A DNA stretch of 47,912 nt, taken from the IMG/VR virus record IMGVR_UViG_3300050026_000188; one strand, given 5' to 3'. Of this stretch, positions 19,407-28,364 are shown one piece after another. This DNA is from a virus. The notes below the pieces were generated by a model. The model saw nothing but the letters and a program-made list of their open reading frames with translations. It was not told where the DNA came from and ran no database searches. The stretch's first letter is position 1. Each line of letters begins with the position of its first letter. The position numbers and the translations under genes are program-made.

Positions 19407-20163
19407 TCTCGGTACTCTTTGGCCCTCTAGCACCTGGGGAGAGTACAACAACATCGTTTTTGCTATCCAAGCTGCCCTCGCCAAAATGCAAACCGGGACG
19501 CTGGTACGAATAGAGGCTTGCACAAACGCGGGTGATCTCTCGCCGGTTGGCTTCGTGGATGTAACGCCGCTGGTGAATCAAATTGACGGCTCAGTGCCCG
19601 CCAACCCGACGCCGCACGTTACGATTTACGGACTCCCCTATCTGCGAATGCAGGGCGGAACTAACGCCGTGATCTTGGACCCTCAGCCCGGCGATATCGG
19701 CGTGGCCGTCTTCGCCAGTCGCGATATAAGCAAGGTGAAGAGCACGAAGGCTCAGGCCAACCCAGGCAGCTACCGGCAGTATGATTTCTCGGACGGCATG
19801 TATCTGGGCGGAATGCTCAACGCCGTGCCCGTGCAATACGTTCGCTTTGGAACTGACGGGATAACCATCGTTTCCCCGACTGCGATCACGCTCACGGCTC
19901 CCACAATCACGCTAGGCGGCGCTGTAACTGTTGAGGGGGCGCTTACTCAGAGCGGCGGCGACGTGAGCATTACCGCCCCCGACACAATTACTCTGGCAGC
20001 CCCCGAGATCAACCTAGATGGCGCGTTGGCGTCAACCGGCGGCAATGCTACGATGAGCGGGGAGCTTACAACTACCGGCGATGTAATTGCCGGCGGCAAG
20101 AGCCTCAAAACTCACGTCCACACTAGCGAAGCCGTGGGGACGCAAACGAGCCCGCCTCTATGA
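19384..20163 (+). CDS. Baseplate central spike (gpV-like)
   Basis: C-terminal beta-helix-like repeats (ITIVSPTAITLTAPTITLGG, ITLAAPEINLDGA) and terminal GKSLKTHVHT. Confidence 0.55.
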   Translation: MASQSPISLGTLWPSSTWGEYNNIVFAIQAALAKMQTGTLVRIEACTNAGDLSPVGFVDVTPLVNQIDGSVPANPTPHVTIYGLPYLRMQGGTNAVILDPQPGDIGVAVFASRDISKVKSTKAQANPGSYRQYDFSDGMYLGGMLNAVPVQYVRFGTDGITIVSPTAITLTAPTITLGGAVTVEGALTQSGGDVSITAPDTITLAAPEINLDGALASTGGNATMSGELTTTGDVIAGGKSLKTHVHTSEAVGTQTSPPL

Positions 20164-20510
20164 ATACGCTTTTGCTTGACACCGAGCAGTGGGATTTAGT
20201 TTTGGACGCATCGGGGAATATCGCGATGGCGACGCCCCCGTATGCTCTGGCTCAGGACGTAGCAAGCGCGGTCAAAACGTTTCTCGGAGAGCTTTGGTAT
20301 GACACGACTCAGGGCATTCCCTATTTCTCTGAAGTCCTGGGGAAGCTGCCGCCGGCGGCGCTGCTCACTCAGCTTATAAGCGATCAGGCTCTAACCGTGC
20401 CGGGCGTTGTTACCGCAGAGTGCTCGATTACTTCCTTCAATGCTCGGGGCGTCTCGGGGCAAATCAACTTTACAGATGACACGGGGGAAACAACCATTGT
20501 CAATTTCTAA
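20160..20510 (+). CDS. Small baseplate protein (Mu gp46 / gpW-like)
   Basis: About 116 aa; position between spike and the J-like gene. Confidence 0.45.
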   Translation: MNTLLLDTEQWDLVLDASGNIAMATPPYALAQDVASAVKTFLGELWYDTTQGIPYFSEVLGKLPPAALLTQLISDQALTVPGVVTAECSITSFNARGVSGQINFTDDTGETTIVNF

Positions 20511-20522
20511 GGGAGCAATCTA

Positions 20523-21767
20523 ATGGGACTTCCCCCCGGCATTCCGAGCACGCAGGTACCTCAGATCCAATTTACGCCGCAAGGCCCGATCATCCCCGAG
20601 GATGGGGACATTCTCGCAGGTGTGCAGATCGATATGAATTACGCTTTCGGGGGCGGGCTCAATCCCGGCCTGACTACTCCGCAAGGGCAGCTTGCGTCGA
20701 GTACGGCGGCGATCATCTCCGACAAGGATGCGGAGATCGCTCTCATCTGCAATCAGGTTGATCCTCAGTACGCAACGGGGCGCTTTCAGGATGCCATCGG
20801 ACGTTTGACAGTTGGAATGGCTCCGCGCTTCCAAGCGGCAGGTACTGCGGTTGCTTGTATCCTCACCGGCCCAGGGGGAGTAGTACCAGCCGGAACTCTC
20901 GCGCGAGATACATCGGGCAACACTTATGCTTTGCTCGGGGCGGTCACAATACCCGGTACGGGCTCGGTTATGAGTTCATGGCAGAATCTTGCGACTGGTC
21001 CGATCCCTTGCCCTGCCGGAAGTCTCACGCAGGTATATCAGGCCGTCCCCGGTTGGGATGCAATTTCCAATCCAGCAGATGGCGTATTGGGCCGCGACGT
21101 TGAGACGCCTCAAGAGTTTGAGCTACGCCGCCAGAACTCAGTTGCAGGTAACGCCCGCGGCTCTGTGCAGGCGATTCAGGCCGGCGTCTTCGACAACGCG
21201 CCGAACGTGCTGGATTGCTACGTGATCGACAACCCCACTGGGCTGACGGTCAATAAGGGATCTACCAACTATCCGATGCTCCCCCACTCGCTTTACGTGG
21301 CAGTGGTTGGCGGGGTTGATGCCGATATCGCTAATGCTATCTGGCCCAAGAAAGACACGGGTTGCGACTACAACGGAAATACCTCAGTGACGGTTTTCGA
21401 TATGAGCCCTCAGTATGCCCCCGGTCCATATCCCTCTTACGCAGTGAAGTTCAACCGTCCTACGAGTACCCCCGTGCTCTTCGCAGTGTCAATCGTCAAC
21501 TCCCCGACGCTGCCGGCCGATATCGTAACCCTGATTCAAAACGCTATCATTGCTCAATTCAACGGGGGCAACGGGCAGATCCCCGCTCGCATCGGCGCTG
21601 CGATCACCGGCTCTAGCTATTACGGCGCGGTCATCGGCGTAGCGCCTGGCATCACGGTGCTGAGCGTCCTTGTTGGAGTCGCCACGCCAACTCTGCCTCA
21701 GGTCGTCATGGGTATCGATCAGTCCCCCGTGATCAGCGCGGGCGACATTACGGTTAGCCTCATATGA
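20523..21767 (+). CDS. Baseplate wedge protein (Baseplate J-like)
   Basis: About 414 aa in the conserved position after the gpW-like gene. Confidence 0.65.
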   Translation: MGLPPGIPSTQVPQIQFTPQGPIIPEDGDILAGVQIDMNYAFGGGLNPGLTTPQGQLASSTAAIISDKDAEIALICNQVDPQYATGRFQDAIGRLTVGMAPRFQAAGTAVACILTGPGGVVPAGTLARDTSGNTYALLGAVTIPGTGSVMSSWQNLATGPIPCPAGSLTQVYQAVPGWDAISNPADGVLGRDVETPQEFELRRQNSVAGNARGSVQAIQAGVFDNAPNVLDCYVIDNPTGLTVNKGSTNYPMLPHSLYVAVVGGVDADIANAIWPKKDTGCDYNGNTSVTVFDMSPQYAPGPYPSYAVKFNRPTSTPVLFAVSIVNSPTLPADIVTLIQNAIIAQFNGGNGQIPARIGAAITGSSYYGAVIGVAPGITVLSVLVGVATPTLPQVVMGIDQSPVISAGDITVSLI

Positions 21768-22336
21768 AAAATATAGAGCAAACCATCATTTCGCAGTACG
21801 GCAATAGCCCAGCTCTCACCGCGCTCATTCGTAACATGAACGAGTACATCCGGGTGGATGCTGATATCGACGGATTCTTCGACACGATTTGGAATGTGGA
21901 AACCGCCGTGGGCTTAGGGCTAGATATCTGGGGCAGCATCGTCGGCCTTCCGACCGGCCGCTATATCTACACCGAGCCAGTCACGGTGTTGAATGACGAT
22001 CAGTTTCGCACCCTCATTCTCATCAAAGCTCTGAGCAACATCTCGATTACAAGTTCCCCCAGCTTCAATCAAATGCTGAATATCTTCTTTGCTGGGCGCG
22101 GGCGCTGCTACGTGAGTGATCAGGGCTCCATGCAGATGCGGTATACCTTCGAGTTCCCACTGGAGCCTTGGGAGATTCAAGTTATTTCGGAGCCTGACAT
22201 CTTACTTAGGCCGGCTGGAGTGGGTGTTACACTCGCCATAATCGATTACCCGGTGTTTGGATTCTCCGAAGCAAATAGCCCCAAGTTTACGGGATTCAAT
22301 CAGGCACCCTTTGTTTCGGAGGCGATAGTAATCTAA
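21764..22336 (+). CDS. Baseplate/tail protein (gpI-like)
   Basis: About 190 aa following the J-like gene, start overlaps its stop. Confidence 0.45.
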   Translation: MKNIEQTIISQYGNSPALTALIRNMNEYIRVDADIDGFFDTIWNVETAVGLGLDIWGSIVGLPTGRYIYTEPVTVLNDDQFRTLILIKALSNISITSSPSFNQMLNIFFAGRGRCYVSDQGSMQMRYTFEFPLEPWEIQVISEPDILLRPAGVGVTLAIIDYPVFGFSEANSPKFTGFNQAPFVSEAIVI

Positions 22337-23148
22337 TGCTCTTAGCCAGCGCACCATCAAAAGTAGTTGAAGCTTTCGCAGCCGGGGGCGGCAAGAATGT
22401 AATCCCAGTGCCTTCGCAGATTGGCATTACTCCCGGCGCGGCATCATGGACTGACGGATTCCCACCACTCACTCGTACTGATCCGATTGCTGGTGGTGTA
22501 GGCCCGAGCGGTCTGGATATGAATGGGGCACTCAATGCCATCTCAGCTCTGTCCATCTGGTACAACGCTGGTGCTGGCTTCCCCTACGATGCCGTATTCT
22601 CTGCGACCGTTGGCGGCTACCCAGCGGGGGCGCGAGTCCTGCAGGCGAGCGGCGCGGGCTACTGGCGGAGTACGGTCGATAACAACGTGACCGATCCGGA
22701 CACCGGCGGCGCGGGCTGGGTACCGGAGGGCGCGAGCGTGCTATCAAGCGTCTACGCTTCTGCTCAGCAAACGCTCGCCCTGGGAACCTCGAAGATCCTC
22801 TTCGATACCGTCGAGTTCGATGACGGACTCTGGGATGTGACCGATCATCGCTTCGTTGCCCCCTACGCCGGCCGGTATCGAGTGGCCGGCTCTGTGATGC
22901 TCGCCGCCCCTGACGGGCAGCTTCTAGCGACTCAGATCTTCAAGAATGGAGCTATCGCAAAACAATGCTTTCAGGCTCCCCAGGTGAGCGACGGAAATAT
23001 GAGCTTGCCCTTTGATGCCGTGCTCAACCTGGCGGCCGGCGATTACCTCGAAGCATTCCTTGTAGCGCCAGGCGCGGCCGTGCTCGCCGGGCAGGTTGGG
23101 AGCAATCAGGCATATGTATTTGCTCAGGCTGAATATCTCGGCACATAA
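22336..23148 (+). CDS. Tail fibre protein with C1q/TNF-like C-terminal domain
   Basis: N-terminal PSQIGITPGAASWTDGFPPL fibre-type motif; C-terminal FDTVEFDDGLWDV...YAGRYRVAGSVML...LAAGDYLEAFL jelly-roll-like pattern. Confidence 0.6.
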   Translation: MLLASAPSKVVEAFAAGGGKNVIPVPSQIGITPGAASWTDGFPPLTRTDPIAGGVGPSGLDMNGALNAISALSIWYNAGAGFPYDAVFSATVGGYPAGARVLQASGAGYWRSTVDNNVTDPDTGGAGWVPEGASVLSSVYASAQQTLALGTSKILFDTVEFDDGLWDVTDHRFVAPYAGRYRVAGSVMLAAPDGQLLATQIFKNGAIAKQCFQAPQVSDGNMSLPFDAVLNLAAGDYLEAFLVAPGAAVLAGQVGSNQAYVFAQAEYLGT

Positions 23149-23156
23149 TTAGAGGT

Positions 23157-23420
23157 ATGGCTCAGGCCCCTGGGGAAATAATGACTCATAGTAGCGAAGT
23201 AGTCGATGCGGCCGATCTCGCCGTAAAGAAGGTTTTCTATTTGCTTGGGGTAGACGTTGACAACGCCGCTAGTATCGAAAGTTTCCGCGAAGATCTCCGC
23301 TTTGGCCGTAGGCTTCGTAAGCTCGCTAATAGTGGCGTGGCGGGGATCGTGGGACTACTGGCGTTGGGTTTAGTAACCGCGCTCTATAGCGGCATCCTCA
23401 ATTCGCTCAAAGGAAGGTAG
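23157..23420 (+). CDS. Small membrane protein (holin/antiholin candidate)
   Basis: One C-terminal hydrophobic helix (GVAGIVGLLALGLVTALYSGIL). Confidence 0.3.
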   Translation: MAQAPGEIMTHSSEVVDAADLAVKKVFYLLGVDVDNAASIESFREDLRFGRRLRKLANSGVAGIVGLLALGLVTALYSGILNSLKGR

Positions 23421-23425
23421 CCCCA

Positions 23426-23671
23426 ATGCTCGACAAACTTCCTTCGCCGTTCTGGGCGGTAATACTGGCAGGCATGGGAGCCGGGCTCGCGCTCGCATCT
23501 CTCTTTCATCCGACTCCCGAGAATATCGCGCTCGCAGTCCTGGGCGTTGGCTCCAACCTGGTGAGCGGAGCCCTGGGCGCGTTCGCCGGCCACGCTCAGG
23601 CGTCGGCGCAAAAAGCCGATGTGACAACTCCTGACGCCCGCGTTACTATCGGCTCAGACGACCAAAAATAA
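23426..23671 (+). CDS. Two-helix membrane protein (holin candidate)
   Basis: Two hydrophobic segments (FWAVILAGMGAGLALASLF; IALAVLGVGSNLVSGALGAFAG) and a charged C-terminus. Confidence 0.35.
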   Translation: MLDKLPSPFWAVILAGMGAGLALASLFHPTPENIALAVLGVGSNLVSGALGAFAGHAQASAQKADVTTPDARVTIGSDDQK

Positions 23672-23697
23672 CGGTTGCCACTCGGAGAATAATAATT

Positions 23698-24090
23698 ATG
23701 ACTGTTACCTCAGTGCTTGACGATGTAAAAGGCTGGTTCGCGAAGGTTTTCAAGAATGCACCTTCCGCCGAAGTTACGGCCCTCTCTGCCCTCAATACCG
23801 TTGCCCCCGAAGCGGAGATCTTGCTTGATCTGATCGATCCGGCCGCTGGCGCAATCGCAACCCCGATCATTACCGAAGTGCAGGCTGATCTCGGTACCGT
23901 CGCGAACCTGCTCAAGTCGGGCAATACCGTCAATCTCGGTACCTTCCTGGCTGCGATCAAGAGCAATTTGAGCCTACTGCTCACCGAGGGCCATATCACG
24001 GACCCGGCAAGCGTCACGAAGGCGACGGGGATCGTTGGCGCGATCTCTGGCGTTATTACCAGCCTGCAGAATCAGTACGCAACGGCGTAA
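23698..24090 (+). CDS. Hypothetical protein
   Basis: 130-aa ORF with AGGAGA-type RBS region. Confidence 0.25.
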   Translation: MTVTSVLDDVKGWFAKVFKNAPSAEVTALSALNTVAPEAEILLDLIDPAAGAIATPIITEVQADLGTVANLLKSGNTVNLGTFLAAIKSNLSLLLTEGHITDPASVTKATGIVGAISGVITSLQNQYATA

Positions 24091-24791
24091 TGAGCTATCA
24101 GTCTGAGTTTCGAGCAACGGCCGTCGCTCTCGCGGCGGTCTTTTGCTTGGGCTCTATCGGTTATCGCGTCCTGACCGCCCCCGAGATCCCCGATCTCGCG
24201 CCCACGGTTACAAAGCTCAACGCAACCATTACCGCGGCGTCTACGGCGCTGCAGGGGCTTCCGGCCGTTCTGACGCACGTTCAAACTACCAGCGACGCGG
24301 CTACGGGCGTCCTACGCTCAGCATCGCCCGTTGTGGCGAGCTTTGCGGGGACCGCCGGCAAGCTCAACGATACAATCGATCTCACATCCCATCGGCTAAA
24401 CGATCTCTGCCCGCTCCCCCCCGACGTAAGGCCGTGCGGAACGCTCGCCGACACTAACCGCACCCTGGCGACGTTGCGGGGCACATCAGGGCAGGTAGAG
24501 CGTTCGCTCATCCTCTTCAACCAGCATGAGGGGGATCTCTTCACTCAGGAGAGCGCCGCTTACGCTGGGATGAATAAATCAGTCTTGGATTTTGACGCGC
24601 TGGTATCCGATCCGGATCTCAAGGCGAACATCCACAACTCAGCGATTATTACCGGGAATTTTGCGGCCATATCGACCGAAGGAAAAGACTGGCTCCATCT
24701 GAGGCTCTATCCGACAAAGAAAAAGGGGTTTGTGTCGGGCTTTGAGGCAACTGGGGACGCAGCGAAACATTGGATGCCGCCCCTCTTTTAG
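24090..24791 (+). CDS. Membrane-anchored hypothetical protein
   Basis: N-terminal hydrophobic anchor (AVALAAVFCLGSIGY) followed by a soluble domain; no recognised motif. Confidence 0.3.
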   Translation: MSYQSEFRATAVALAAVFCLGSIGYRVLTAPEIPDLAPTVTKLNATITAASTALQGLPAVLTHVQTTSDAATGVLRSASPVVASFAGTAGKLNDTIDLTSHRLNDLCPLPPDVRPCGTLADTNRTLATLRGTSGQVERSLILFNQHEGDLFTQESAAYAGMNKSVLDFDALVSDPDLKANIHNSAIITGNFAAISTEGKDWLHLRLYPTKKKGFVSGFEATGDAAKHWMPPLF

Positions 24792-25041
24792 GGCACTCGG
24801 GGCGCTCTTCGTCGGCATCCCATATCAGGCCGCAAGTATCACAAACGATCTGATCAAGTTGCCGGCGAGCTTTACAGTTTGGCAGGTTCAAAGCTGGTAT
24901 CCCCCTCACGTTCTAAATAACTAGGCTCAAAACTCTCATCTTCCCATTCCGCATACGTCTGCCCAGTCACATCTAAGAACGCTCGCCAGGCAGCCTCTTC
25001 GCGTGCGTATTTTTGCTTGAGGTACCAATATTGGCGATTGC

Positions 25042-25290
25042 TCACTGTTTGAACGAACTACCCGTCTCACTGCCGTCAACCGTGGCGTCGGCGACAACCC
25101 ATACAACAACGCCGCCCGGCTTAGTCACCCGGTATAACTCGCGGGCGAGAGCTTCAAAATTCCAAGAAAATCCCTTGTATTCGCGGAGGTTGTCATACGG
25201 AGGGGACGTAACTGTTAGCTGTACACTCTCGCTCGCTACAAGGCAACTGAGAGCCATCACGTTATCGCAGTTATATAGTTGCATAGCCAA
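25042..25290 (-). pseudogene. Truncated beta-class N6/N4 DNA methyltransferase (N-terminal fragment only)
   Basis: 82 aa carrying motif IV (TSPPY) and the following YRVTKPGGVVVWV block, then a stop; no downstream FxGxG motif; start overlaps the polymerase stop. Confidence 0.5.
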
Positions 25291-27265
25291 TGTCCCTCAA
25301 TATCGCGTGGCAATTGTCGAGATACCAGGCGTAGTCAATGTCATCCGGCAGTGAGTCCGGCAGAGTCAGGCAGGGCTTAGCGCCGTAGCTGAGGCTTACG
25401 GTGTTGCCGTTAGTGTTGTAGATGATTGAGCCGGGCGCGGATGTCGAGTAGTAGAATCTGATCACTTTGCCCATATACTCGGGCCGTTGCGGGGTGAAGC
25501 AAGATGCGTAAGCGCTCCCCGCATCCGCCAGCACGCCCGCCCGCTGCCATTTACGGCCGCTCTTCACCCATCCGTTAGCCTGCAGAGTGGCCGTCATATC
25601 GCGTATCTTTGTGCCCTTGAGCGGTCCCTCGCCCCAGAGCTTCACAGCGCCGCCGGCAACCTTGCGGACTGTCACAAATTTGCGGATATCCCGGCTCGCG
25701 GCGAGCGTATAAAGGATCGGCGTCCCCTTGCTGAGATATTCGGCCACGGCATCTGAGCAGATCTCCACATCGGGATTCTTCTTTTCGACCAGGCCGGCCT
25801 TTGAGTATTCCCCTTTGCGCTTTACCTTCCCGTCGATCTTCACTGCAAAGTAATTATTTACGTCTTTGGAATAAATGGCCTTGTAAGTATTGCTTTCCAT
25901 CTCCAAACCCGTGCTCCGCTCCCACTCTTCGATGAGCCGATCGCTCGAAGCGAGCAGATGGCGCGGGCAAAATGCCACAAACCCGTCAGTATTCGCAGAC
26001 ACAACAGGGATGCCGTTCGATTCATGCCACTCAATCAGCATCATGAGCGCAAGTTGCCCGGTGATGGTGGTTTGAATGAGCATCTCAGGGGCGAAAAGGA
26101 TGGAGAACGGGCTCCCAGTCTTCCCGAAAACGCCGTTGATCATAATCTTGCCGCCCTCGTTCTCTACCTCAGCCTTCGTGTATTCGGGAGTTCCTTTAGT
26201 AAGTGTTTTCTGTAGAGCCTTCGCCTTCAGACGCTCATCTTTGATCGCTGCATACTCATGCAGGAACGCGGGGCCGAGAGCCTTCGGATATTTTCCGGAG
26301 TTCAAGATCAGACTGGGATAGTAGCTGGCAACATCCGAATCCCTGAGTACAGCGTTTTCGTCGCTTCGGTACGCCACGCGCTTCTCGGAGGAGTGCAGGC
26401 CGCCGATCCCGAGCCGGTAGCGCGACGAGCCGATTTGGATCTCAAGTCCGTCTAGCTGGGCGGGCATGACGACGGAGCCACTCGGGCCAAGCCGGAATAC
26501 GGCCTCTCTGACCAGGGAGAACGCCTGCATGAGAGGTGCCGTCTGAAATTTGAGGAAGGATGGCGGCTCGTATTTGAAGACCAGATTCCAGTCAATCTCA
26601 GGCTTATAAATCTTCTGACCTAGAGCCTGCTCACAGCGGCGCTTTAGAACGGCTTCGGCAAGCTGAGCATCTGACTTACTTCGCAGATCAATCCCGTAGC
26701 GCTTGCTCAACTCCTGGCGCTGGTGGAGTTGGGGCGCGAGTGCATCGAATAGCCCCTCTAGGACTGAGAGATCATTTCCGCAATAGTCGTCTACTTCGGC
26801 GATCTCCGCAGGCGTGAGGTATTGATCCGGCGAGTAGGGAAGATCTCGCATCGTCTTGCAGTGGATTCGACCTGCGTACTGCTTTTGGCTGCCCGCGCCT
26901 GGCGCTACTTCCATCACATCGATGTGATCAGCCGGCCGCCACTCGGGGAGCCCTAACTCCCAGGGCTTTAGCTTCTGGACAATGATTTGATCATTGAGCC
27001 ATTTGAGTTGATCTGGGGTATAGCCCGAGAGCGCCGCGGCGATCATCGGTACATCGTAGTAATTGCCGTTGAAGCTCACGGTTGTAAAGATCTGGAATAG
27101 CGTGGTGATGCTCGCAACCGCCGCGGGCTCTAACCTCTCGCCCGCCCTCAGCGCGAACGTAAAGCATTCGCCGCCCTGAGGACGGAACTTGAGAAGCCAA
27201 AAGTTAGGAAAACATTCTGTGTCGTAAAATGCTACCGGCTTACCTGATGGTGGAGTGGGGATCAT
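25271..27265 (-). CDS. DNA polymerase, family B, with 3'-5' exonuclease
   Basis: Exo motifs FYDTE, NGNYYD, YCGND; Pol motif A DVASYYPSLI, motif B KIMINGVFGKTG, motif C variant SANTDG. Confidence 0.75.
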   Translation of the reverse strand: MIPTPPSGKPVAFYDTECFPNFWLLKFRPQGGECFTFALRAGERLEPAAVASITTLFQIFTTVSFNGNYYDVPMIAAALSGYTPDQLKWLNDQIIVQKLKPWELGLPEWRPADHIDVMEVAPGAGSQKQYAGRIHCKTMRDLPYSPDQYLTPAEIAEVDDYCGNDLSVLEGLFDALAPQLHQRQELSKRYGIDLRSKSDAQLAEAVLKRRCEQALGQKIYKPEIDWNLVFKYEPPSFLKFQTAPLMQAFSLVREAVFRLGPSGSVVMPAQLDGLEIQIGSSRYRLGIGGLHSSEKRVAYRSDENAVLRDSDVASYYPSLILNSGKYPKALGPAFLHEYAAIKDERLKAKALQKTLTKGTPEYTKAEVENEGGKIMINGVFGKTGSPFSILFAPEMLIQTTITGQLALMMLIEWHESNGIPVVSANTDGFVAFCPRHLLASSDRLIEEWERSTGLEMESNTYKAIYSKDVNNYFAVKIDGKVKRKGEYSKAGLVEKKNPDVEICSDAVAEYLSKGTPILYTLAASRDIRKFVTVRKVAGGAVKLWGEGPLKGTKIRDMTATLQANGWVKSGRKWQRAGVLADAGSAYASCFTPQRPEYMGKVIRFYYSTSAPGSIIYNTNGNTVSLSYGAKPCLTLPDSLPDDIDYAWYLDNCHAILRDIGYATI

Positions 27266-28104
27266 TACGCAGCGGCCGCGGCCTTCGGTTTGATCTCTTC
27301 AACGTAGAGATAAAGATCTAGCAAGAGCTTGCGATCAACTTCGATAAACTCCCCGTACTCTTCATCAGCGAGCATCCCGGCCACGTCTTCGAGGGCGGCA
27401 GTAACGCGCCGGATGAGTTCGGGATCGCGAGCAACCGGCTTCGGAACTTTGACCGCGCCCGGTTTCTTTACGTCGCTCCGCTCGATAGTGCCCTCTTTTT
27501 TCAAAACCTCATGCTGCTGAGCTTTGCTGAGCTTCGCGATTGCAACGGCCGCCGACTCTTTGACCCGGCCGGATTTCACCGCTTCGGCGGCTTCCTCTGA
27601 CAGAGAGATAAGCGCGATGCGGTCCTTTACGAACTTGTGGGCGGCCTTGAGTTCGCCCTCAGTCTTCGCGGTCGGGAAGTAGACGCCGGCGATCTGCTCA
27701 TCCGTCATCGCGTAGACGTTGAGAAGCCGCTTGATGTTGTGAGCGTCGTCAAGGGGAGTTGCGGGATTGCGAAAGCGATTCTCTGAGATGTTGATCAGAA
27801 ACGCTTCGCCTTCGCTGCATTGCACGTAGGTACAACGAACCTGCAGTTTGACCGGCGCGAGCCCGCGCTTGTTGATCTCGCTGATCGCACGCCAGCGAGA
27901 GAAGCCGGCAACCAGGACGGCCGCGCCGCCATCGTTGCGGATGACAACCGGCGTATGCTGCCCGCGCGCCAGGATATCGGTAATGAGCCATTCAATCTCA
28001 GGCTTTTCGTGACGACCGTTGAGATCGGGCTTGATCGTAATGTCTTCAGGGTAGAAGCGATACTCGGAGGTTCGCTTATGCTCAACTGCAAACTGTACTG
28101 CCAT
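27265..28104 (-). CDS. ParB-like nuclease-domain protein
   Basis: N-terminal TPVVIRNDGGAAVLVAGFSRWRAI block resembling the ParB N-terminal domain. Confidence 0.6.
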   Translation of the reverse strand: MAVQFAVEHKRTSEYRFYPEDITIKPDLNGRHEKPEIEWLITDILARGQHTPVVIRNDGGAAVLVAGFSRWRAISEINKRGLAPVKLQVRCTYVQCSEGEAFLINISENRFRNPATPLDDAHNIKRLLNVYAMTDEQIAGVYFPTAKTEGELKAAHKFVKDRIALISLSEEAAEAVKSGRVKESAAVAIAKLSKAQQHEVLKKEGTIERSDVKKPGAVKVPKPVARDPELIRRVTAALEDVAGMLADEEYGEFIEVDRKLLLDLYLYVEEIKPKAAAAA

Positions 28105-28106
28105 TT

Positions 28107-28304
28107 CTAAGCCTCTTTCTCATATTCCAAAATTCGCCCGCACTCTTTGCAAAATGGTGCAGATTTCTCTACAACGCCACGGATGCGGGTAAGGATTGAG
28201 AGAAGGCCGAAACGCCGCGGCTCGCGCCAGTAGCGCTCCCCAGGACTGATGACGGCTTTACACTCTTTGCACTCCCGAACGATCTTGCTACGCTTCCAAC
28301 TCAT
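28107..28304 (-). CDS. Small zinc-ribbon protein
   Basis: Two CxxC pairs (CKEC ... CKEC) in a 65-aa ORF. Confidence 0.35.
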   Translation of the reverse strand: MSWKRSKIVRECKECKAVISPGERYWREPRRFGLLSILTRIRGVVEKSAPFCKECGRILEYEKEA

Positions 28305-28364
28305 CGCACGCGCCCCAGTGAAAAACGAAAGCGGCTCCCGATGATCTGAGAGCCGCGCTCGGGT

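Noticed and set aside
23157-24791. Assignment of this four-gene block as a complete holin-endolysin-spanin lysis cassette
   Set aside because: No peptidoglycan-hydrolase motif was found in any of the four ORFs, so only membrane topology supports holin-like calls; kept as low-confidence membrane proteins.
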